From Carpediemonas membranifera BICM (lineage: Eukaryota > Protista > Fornicata), in contig JAHDYR010000041.1 of NCBI GenBank assembly GCA_019828565.1, forward strand, positions 1 to 64,000: a stretch of 64,000 nucleotides of DNA. Reading direction: 5' to 3'. This document shows positions 56,938-64,000 of the stretch, one piece after another. Below the pieces are notes generated by a model, which made no database searches, was not told the origin of the DNA, and was given only the letters and a program-made list of their open reading frames with translations. The stretch's first letter is position 1. Each line of letters begins with the position of its first letter. The position numbers and the translations under genes are program-made.

Positions 56938-57915
56938 TCACATGACGCTCATGGACGCCGTATGCGGGTCTAGCATTAGCCCGCCCCTGGTCCTGACGTT
57001 GAAGAACGACTTGAGGTCCTTCTTCGGCGTCTTTCTCAGCCCCGCCCCCAGGTCTAGGGGCAGGCTGTCCGGGGTCATCATCCGGTGCTGCTTCTGGGCC
57101 CCGAACAGCGACCAGACCCTGATAGTCCCGTCACTGCTGCCCGAGGCGACCCTCTTGCCGTCAGACCCGAGGAACATGACCCGACCCCCGTGGGTGGCGA
57201 CCACCCCCTGGCCGATGGGCCCTGGAATATGTCGAACTCCCAGGAGTGTGTGGGTCGACACGCTGAGCAGGCATAGGGTCGGCAGGGACGTCGCCACGGC
57301 AATGTACTGGCCGTCCTTGCTCGCTGCGACTGCCGTGACTGCCTCGAGTCGCCTGTGGTGGGGCGGGGGGACGCTGGGGAGGAGGCGGATGGTGACCTTG
57401 CTCAGCCCGTCCTCAGACAGCACGGTGACGCACTGGTCGTGGCCGATGACGAAGTTGCCCGCCGCCCAGTCGACGTTCAAGTAGTAGTCATCAACAATCG
57501 TCAGGTTCCTGAACGTGCTCGTCGCCGTCACGTTTTCTGCGCCCTGAGCGGCCATGCCCACCGTGGTGAGGGGGTGGCGAGGGTTCTGGGGAAACTGGAA
57601 CACCCGTGCATGCTTTGTGGAGTTGAGAGAAGTAGGACTGTTGGCGTCCTCGAGGCCGGCGATTGATTGGATGAGAGATGCCTCGTACGATGCTGTATTC
57701 TCCTCAGTCTCCTCTAACCTCTGTCGCTGGTGAGGATGGAGCGGGCGCGCGGCTGGTTCGAGGATCTCTGAGAGCGTGATTCAAGTGATTCAAGGCCACG
57801 CCGAGCTGAACGACCGCTGGGTCGGCTCGCCTGTGATTCTTCTGTCGTCTTGTGAGGGCTGGCTCTTGTGGGCTTTTATGTCGAGATCTGAGCGTTCGGT
57901 TCGGGCTTCGCATGG
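56938..57915 (-). pseudogene. WD40 protein, Cdc20/Fizzy-like, apparently with internal repeats missing
   Basis: DDYYLNVDW motif and only ~2-3 WD repeats (ASGSSDGTIRVW); 5' structure unresolved. Confidence 0.4.
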
Positions 57916-58020
57916 TCGTGATGCGAGTGATAAAAGCGGTAATAAACGGTAATGCGAGCAATTATGTGGGTGTATCTCGGGTTGGTGTAGCAGGGTTTGG
58001 GCCGTTGCTGGGCAAACGGG

Positions 58021-59037
58021 GGCAAATCTGACAAATCAATATGATCAGGCGAATATGACCCCCCAGGCGTGTGAATCCAATAGGGCTCCACGCCGCGGGC
58101 TTGCCCTCCCGCATACACTCGCCAACCGCCAGCAGCTGCTGGGTCGTCCAAGTGTATCATCTAGGCTCAATGTCCTAGGTCCATCTGATGTCCGCGCGGC
58201 AGTCTCACACCGCCCGCGCGCTCCTAGCTAGAAGCCGGGTTCCGCGCCGTGCAAGGTGGCGCGGATGTCCCGGTGTGCAGCAAGGGCCAGAGGCCAATGC
58301 AATACCACGGGTCCGAAGACGCCGTGGCGCACAGCTAGGATTTTGACATCATTAGATGGTGGCGGACTTACCTTGTTGCCGCTCCAGGGTCCCGTCGGAG
58401 CACCTGATTGATGTTGTTTAGTTCGGCACGAAGAAGTGACCGAAACTGAGAGAGAGTGAGGAATCGTGATCTATATGTGGTAAATGAGCATCCTAAACAG
58501 ATATAGCAGCAGAGGTGCTTGGAGAGCGATTATATTCGTGCGCGCGAAGGAATGTGTGAAAAAAGTGGCGTCGAAAAAAGAGATACAGAAAAAAAAAAGA
58601 TGACACATTCTGCATATTCTGCGCGGCCATCTCGAGGACGGCAGACGTTGCGTTCAAGGCTGTTAGTGGGGCAACCGCACTATATCCAGGCCTAGTTGAT
58701 GGGTTATGCCATTGGGAGCGGGCTAAGTCATCGTCCATTTCGTCAAATGAAGGTTGGGAGGAGTGATTTCGCTGTCTTCTGCCTCATCGTATGGTTGCTC
58801 GTTGATGTCCATGCTTTCATTAAACCAGACTCAACAGCAAAACATTGTGCTGCACTTTTAGACTGGCAGAGGGTGGGCTCGGCAGACCCCAGCTGCTGGT
58901 ACACAGCCTCCTGCACACGCTGCCCCATCGTTTGCAGCAGTGTTGCTCGCCCTATCCCTGCCCCCGAAGCCATCCATCGGGTGGGCCACCTACGGACTGC
59001 TGAGGATCTGTAACCTCATCGCGGAAGCTCACCCCGG
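58021..59037. repeat. Dispersed repeat copy 2, inside the housekeeping cluster
   Basis: Matches 44195-45129. Confidence 0.92.
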
Positions 59038-59247
59038 CATCCTCGTGCTAATGAGCGAGTTCTGGTGCTGATCCTGAGACCCTGCCTCAATGATGGCATT
59101 GCCGACTTCGTGTGGAAGGCCTACGACGCGGGCAAGTTCGTAGTTGCAGATTTCTCAAATGCCTTCAACTCAGCGGACTGCCGCTTTACCCGTGTGTGGC
59201 CAGTGCCCCCCTGCTGGTGCTACCGATGAGAGCATCGCTAATCATAT

Positions 59248-60624
59248 TTACATCTCGACGTCGTCGACGGTGTTACCCGTGATGAGCTCCTTCTCCCACT
59301 GGTCACAGAACTCCTCGGACCGCCGCACGTCGAGGAACAGGTCCCTGCACTTGACGAAATGCTCCTCCTGGATCTCCTCCATGTTGTCCCGCCGGGCTAC
59401 GAGATGGGCGGTGGTGAGCAGTTGCATGGCATACCGGATGGACGTCTCAGTGCCGATGGTTACCAGATAGTCCATGGCGTCCTCGTCGATCGAGTCGATG
59501 CCCTCAGCGTCCGCCCGGAGCTGCAGGATCTTCTGGATGTCTGCAGCGTCGTACGGCTTCGTGATGATGATGTTCATGCGGTCCAGCATGTCCGCGGGGA
59601 TGCCGTGGGGCGAGACAGTGTCGGTGCCCCTGATCTTGGTGTTCTCGCCCCTGTTGGTGGCCATGATGATGATGGGGGCCGTGCTCTGCTCCATCGCGCG
59701 GTTCATGAACGAGAAGCACTCGATGTCAAGCATGTGGGCCTCATCGATGAACAGCACACCGGGCACAATGGTCGCGCGGCCCTCCTCCCGCCACTCGGCT
59801 ACCTTCTTATCGACGGACTGGCGCACCTCCGGGTTGATCTCACCAGTGGCACCGCTGAACAAGGCCATGAAGCCCTGTGCCCTCGAGTTGATCACGTCGA
59901 TCTCATGCAGGTTAACGGTGTGTGAAACGTGCTTGCGCTTCTGCAGCTCACCAGCGGGGGTCTCGACGAGGCGGGTGCCTGGGCCCTGGGCGTCGTAGTC
60001 GCGGGTTTTGGACCAGGACCGGCCGAGCTTGGTCACCTTTCCGCTCGCCTTGTCGATAGAGATGACGTCGCCGGGAGTGACCTTGTCGGCTTCCATGGCG
60101 TCAATCATCTTGGCGCCGAGGTCGTACTCAGCCTCCATATCGGTCGTCTTCAGGGTGATGCGGCCAACCTTGTCGCCAGTGCCGTCAGTGGGGCGCTCGA
60201 CGACCCACTCAACGACCTCGCCCTCGACGAGCTCGGTCTCCTCCTGGATGCGGAGGCCAATGGACTTACGCATCGATTGAGTCAGGGACTCGGTCTTGTT
60301 GAACTCGTGGGAGAAGAACTCGGAACCAGAGACGGATGTAAACGGGATGTCGGCGCCGAGCTCGCGGGAAATTGCCATGGCGATGGCAGTCTTGCCGCTA
60401 GCAGGAGGACCAGCAATCAGGATACCACGACCAGCAATAGCACCAGCTTGGATCATCTTGACAATGATACCAGCCGACTTACGGGCCGTCTTCTGGCCAA
60501 CGAGGCCTTGGCTCTCCTCGCGAGCGTTCAGCTTATCATCCAGCCCAAGGCCGCGAATATGTGAATGAGCACTAACACGCTCGACAGTAGGAACAGCCGT
60601 TTCGGTGGCACCAGGAATCTCCAT
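59248..60624 (-). CDS. RUVBL2: RuvB-like 2 AAA+ ATPase
   Basis: HSHIRGLG, GPPASGKT, LKTTDME.YDLG.KMI, DEAH. Confidence 0.95.
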   Translation of the reverse strand: MEIPGATETAVPTVERVSAHSHIRGLGLDDKLNAREESQGLVGQKTARKSAGIIVKMIQAGAIAGRGILIAGPPASGKTAIAMAISRELGADIPFTSVSGSEFFSHEFNKTESLTQSMRKSIGLRIQEETELVEGEVVEWVVERPTDGTGDKVGRITLKTTDMEAEYDLGAKMIDAMEADKVTPGDVISIDKASGKVTKLGRSWSKTRDYDAQGPGTRLVETPAGELQKRKHVSHTVNLHEIDVINSRAQGFMALFSGATGEINPEVRQSVDKKVAEWREEGRATIVPGVLFIDEAHMLDIECFSFMNRAMEQSTAPIIIMATNRGENTKIRGTDTVSPHGIPADMLDRMNIIITKPYDAADIQKILQLRADAEGIDSIDEDAMDYLVTIGTETSIRYAMQLLTTAHLVARRDNMEEIQEEHFVKCRDLFLDVRRSEEFCDQWEKELITGNTVDDVEM

Positions 60625-60874
60625 GGACTTTGAGGATCAACGCTTCGTTGCATGAAAAAATTGTTAAACTGCGGACGATCAATCTGACGCCTCAGTGGGC
60701 AAAGCCAGACGCCTACACCTGGTACAGTCGCCCGTCAGAGTCGGGCATTTTTTTTCTAGTTGAGTTTTTGACCCTCCATTAATGTCGGTACAAAACAGCG
60801 TCCGTCCGCCAGTTGAGTGTCCTCACAGAAGGATGGATGCCTGGAACTGCTACGACACATCATATGATTCGCGT

Positions 60875-61606
60875 TTACGAGTATAAAATAGGATAATCAA
60901 TGGGCAGGTTGACGATGCCGGTGTCGAACTTGAGGTTGGTGCGGACAACAACGGCCTTTGCAACCTCGTTCTTCTCGAACACCTCGGCCAGCTTCTCCCT
61001 CAGAGCCTCCTCGGTGTCGGGGTAGACTGCAGCCAGGAGCATGGGGCTGCCCTTGGCGATGGCGGCGACAGACCCCATGGCGGCGAGGGCAGACACAGAG
61101 ACGATGTACAGGGTCTCGCCAACAAAGACGGGAGAGTCAGGGTCAGCGTGCATCAGGTCCGCGGGCCAGCAGGCGAGGTGGGAGGACGACTGAATGTCGG
61201 CGTCGTTGCCAGTCTCGAGGTCGGCGGGGAAGCGGCGCTTCTCGAGAGGAGGGTAGACTTGGTTGCACGTCGGGCAGACGTTGGCCTTGTTGTTGGCCTT
61301 GCGGCTGCCAGCCATGAACGCCTTGCCGTTGCCGACGTTGGAAGCGCAGCTGGCACAGTCACCGTTGCACTTCCCGGCTGCCCGCTTCTGGCCGCAGCTC
61401 ATCGCGGACTCAGGGATCTCGGCAGCAGTGCCACAGTGAATGCCGTCGCAGTTGGAGCAGTTGCCGGTGCAGTGGTGCTCTGGAGCGGCAGGCTTGCTGC
61501 CACAGCCGCCGGAGCATCCGCCAGCAAGCACGGCTTGCGGCTTGCTACTGCAAGCGTTAGAAGAGCAACTGGCACAATCACCAGAACATTGGAACTGGTT
61601 CTGCAT
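60875..61606 (-). CDS. Cys-rich putative Fe-S/metal-binding protein
   Basis: Three CxG(D/N)CxxC repeats; C-terminal SHLACWPADL domain. Confidence 0.6.
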   Translation of the reverse strand: MQNQFQCSGDCASCSSNACSSKPQAVLAGGCSGGCGSKPAAPEHHCTGNCSNCDGIHCGTAAEIPESAMSCGQKRAAGKCNGDCASCASNVGNGKAFMAGSRKANNKANVCPTCNQVYPPLEKRRFPADLETGNDADIQSSSHLACWPADLMHADPDSPVFVGETLYIVSVSALAAMGSVAAIAKGSPMLLAAVYPDTEEALREKLAEVFEKNEVAKAVVVRTNLKFDTGIVNLPIDYPILYS

Positions 61607-61739
61607 GTCTGCAATGATTTCTCACGGCACTGATTCGCGGCACACAGTGGAAACAAGTTATGGCCATGGGCCCTCGGATCACGTAAATGATGGACTGGCG
61701 CTGCGATTTAGTACACGATAGCCGATCATCGTCGGCCAT

Positions 61740-62450
61740 TCACCTCAGACACGAAGTCTCGGCCAGCGCGAGGACGAACTCATCAGCAGTCGGCAGTCGA
61801 TTCGGCCTGGCATTCAGACATGACTCCACTGCCTCCCGGATCGGCTGATACGCTGGGGCGGTGGTGGATGGCATGGCCGCGAGCTCAATGAGGGTGTCGA
61901 CGAGCCGGTCGGCTGGGACGGCAGAGTCGAGCTTGGCCTGGACGCCCTCGAGGAACGCACCGTAGAAGAAGAGCAGCTCGAACAGACGCACATAGTGTGT
62001 AGTGGCAAGCTTGTTGCCGTCAGCCCATCCCGCGAGCCGGGAAATGGCAAAGATCCTCGCCGTCATCTCCGGGGGGAAGTCGGGGCACAGCAGCCGCACC
62101 CACTGGTGCCAGTCCTGCTCAGGGAGTGCGCTGTCGATGACACTGGTGGTCTTCTTGAGCTGTACACACAGGGACCATCTGTTGAGCGTCGTCCGGCTGG
62201 AGTAGTCGTACTCCCGGAACAGGACGTTACGTCCGGACATGACACTGGCAAAACTGGGTAATTCTATGGCGTAGTAAATCGGTACGTACTAGTTGGCAAG
62301 ATCTCGCGCTGTTTGGCCTTCAGACACATTTTGTGTGACGTTCAAGGCATCCTGGACGTAAACATCCAGGCTAAACCGGTCAATATACTCTTTGGGACTC
62401 CATTTGAATCGTTCCTCTTCTAATTTGGCCTGTCGAGAGGGATTTTGCAT
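61740..62450 (-). CDS. CSTPP1/C11orf49-like protein (intron 62254-62289)
   Basis: EYIDRFSLDVYVQDAL, GRNVLFREY...NR, LLCPDFP. Confidence 0.65.
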
Positions 62451-62488
62451 TGGCCAGGGCAAAACTGCACACTTGTGTGCTGGCGCCG

Positions 62489-62807
62489 TCACCCCTCCAG
62501 GCCGGCCTTCTCGGCAGCCCGGTCCTCCCGCATCATCTTCACGGCTCTGGCGACTATTCTCTGTCGCCACTCGGCCTCCTCCTCGGCCCCGCCGCGGTCC
62601 ATCATCGGCGGCACCTGGACGATGGTGGCACGCTCGTTATCCATAGCAATGACTGCGCTCTTCATCTGATCGCTGATGATGGTCTTATCGACTGAAACCT
62701 GCGCAGCACTCGTTTTCTCCTCCTTGTTCCCGTACTGCTCGTAATCAGACACAAATCCGAAGCTATCAGACTCATAACTGTCATATGCATCAGACTCGTC
62801 GCTCATT
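62489..62807 (-). CDS. Small acidic hypothetical protein
   Basis: ORF with coding-like composition between real genes. Confidence 0.45.
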
Positions 62808-63217
62808 TCCCTTCCAAAGCTCCAAACCGACAGACCTCTGTCCGTCGCACCAATCAAGCTATACATACCTCATGTAACAAAGTAAATTAAGCCTGCTAGC
62901 CTTTGTAACACCCTCTCAGTCGATCCCACACTCAAGCTGCTGGGGCCGGGGCCGGGATGATGGCGTCGTGAAGGCCAGCTCGATCAGAGGGACGGCCTTC
63001 AAGGCATGATTCTGGCTCAACGGGGCGTCATCTCTCGCCCTCCTTTACCCGCAAGACGTTGTAGCAACGACAGAAGAACTGCTGGACCAAGCCGTCCAGC
63101 TGCTCCTGGGCTCAAGGAGGCCGCATTCAAGGCTCTTCCACGAGGACCACGAGGATATTGCGAAGTGTTTACGTTAATAGGATATGTAATACTGACCAAC
63201 ACTTCTCGACCGACTCT

Positions 63218-63997
63218 CTAGAAGACATACTGGTTGAGCCCCTCCATGGAGTCCATGCCTAGCTCGAGACCCATGCCGTGGTCAGCTAGGCCAAACAGTC
63301 CCATCTCGCGGGGGGTCGGCTGGGGGGTGTCGCCGAACCAGGACTGGTTGTTGACGGGCATGCGGTTGGAGAGCATGGGGTGGGGGTCGACGTCCTCGGA
63401 CAGGGTCCGCATCGAAAGGTGGGGCATAGAGATCGCGTGGGCGCTGTGGTATTGGGCGAGGTTCTGGTCAGACTGGCGGAGCTGCGCGGCGAGAGTGGCG
63501 TTCTGGGTGCGGAGAATGGTGTTCTGTCGCATGAGCTCCTCGTGGGCCTTGTGGGCCGTCTGCAGCTGCTCGATGAGGTACATCTTGTCCATGGACTCGT
63601 CCGACATATCGAGGTTGCGGTGAGGCGGGGGAGGAGGCGGGAGAGTGACGCCCTCGAGCAGGCGGGGATCCCACCAATGGCGGTAAGGGCAGCCGGCTCT
63701 GGCGCAGCGGCCGGACTTCAGGAAGTCAACGCAGATGGGAACACTGTCAGTGCGGTCGCCAGGGACTCGGCGCATGTAGTGGGCGGCGGACTGGGGGAAG
63801 CGCTTCTTGAGCTCTTCTTCTGTGGGATGCCAATACTTGCAACTCTTGCGAGTGCAAACGCCTCTAAGAAAGTCTCTGCAGATCTCACGAGTTTCAATAG
63901 GGCCTCGCTGGTTCTGGTTCTTCTCGATTCTGCGAGGAGATCTAAGGGTTTGAATGGATTGCTGTTGAATGGAATCGTCCGTTCTCGACACGTCCAT
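63218..63997 (-). CDS. Tandem CCCH zinc-finger protein with coiled coil
   Basis: CRDFLRGVCTRKSCKYWH and CVDFLKSGRCARAGCPYRH. Confidence 0.88.
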   Translation of the reverse strand: MDVSRTDDSIQQQSIQTLRSPRRIEKNQNQRGPIETREICRDFLRGVCTRKSCKYWHPTEEELKKRFPQSAAHYMRRVPGDRTDSVPICVDFLKSGRCARAGCPYRHWWDPRLLEGVTLPPPPPPHRNLDMSDESMDKMYLIEQLQTAHKAHEELMRQNTILRTQNATLAAQLRQSDQNLAQYHSAHAISMPHLSMRTLSEDVDPHPMLSNRMPVNNQSWFGDTPQPTPREMGLFGLADHGMGLELGMDSMEGLNQYVF

Positions 63998-64000
63998 TAG

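Overview
Eukaryotic (protist-like) chromosomal window with two compartments. The right part (~46.2-64 kb) is a compact housekeeping cluster almost entirely on the minus strand, with 29-36 nt GT-AG introns (NDC1-like, SRP19, NAD kinase, Bet1-like SNARE, TRM8, prefoldin 1, RPL4, Ran, VAMP7, RUVBL2, CSTPP1-like, CCCH protein). Intron style and gene content suggest an anaerobic flagellate such as a free-living metamonad; this is inference, not an identification. The left part (1-46 kb) is a patchwork of mobile and viral DNA: a Transib/CMC-like transposase, a ~10-copy 278-bp satellite that may be LTR-derived, RLE, Ty3/gypsy and Tc1/IS630 fragments, HEPN, SET, GNAT and PHD cargo genes, segmental duplications and TAAGG repeats. 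Its centrepiece is a 15.6-kb head-to-tail array (11967-27583, ~2.5 units, 3 origins) of a ~6.4-kb ambisense CRESS-DNA virus. Each unit has an HUH/SF3 Rep, a tombusvirus-like (crucivirus-type) jelly-roll capsid, a PLA2-like protein, a twice-spliced acidic protein with host-type mini-introns, and a TAATATTAC nonamer in a side bulge of a 100-nt hairpin. The units are recombinant mosaics, and fragments of further related viruses lie nearby. All family assignments come from motif recognition by eye; no database search was run.
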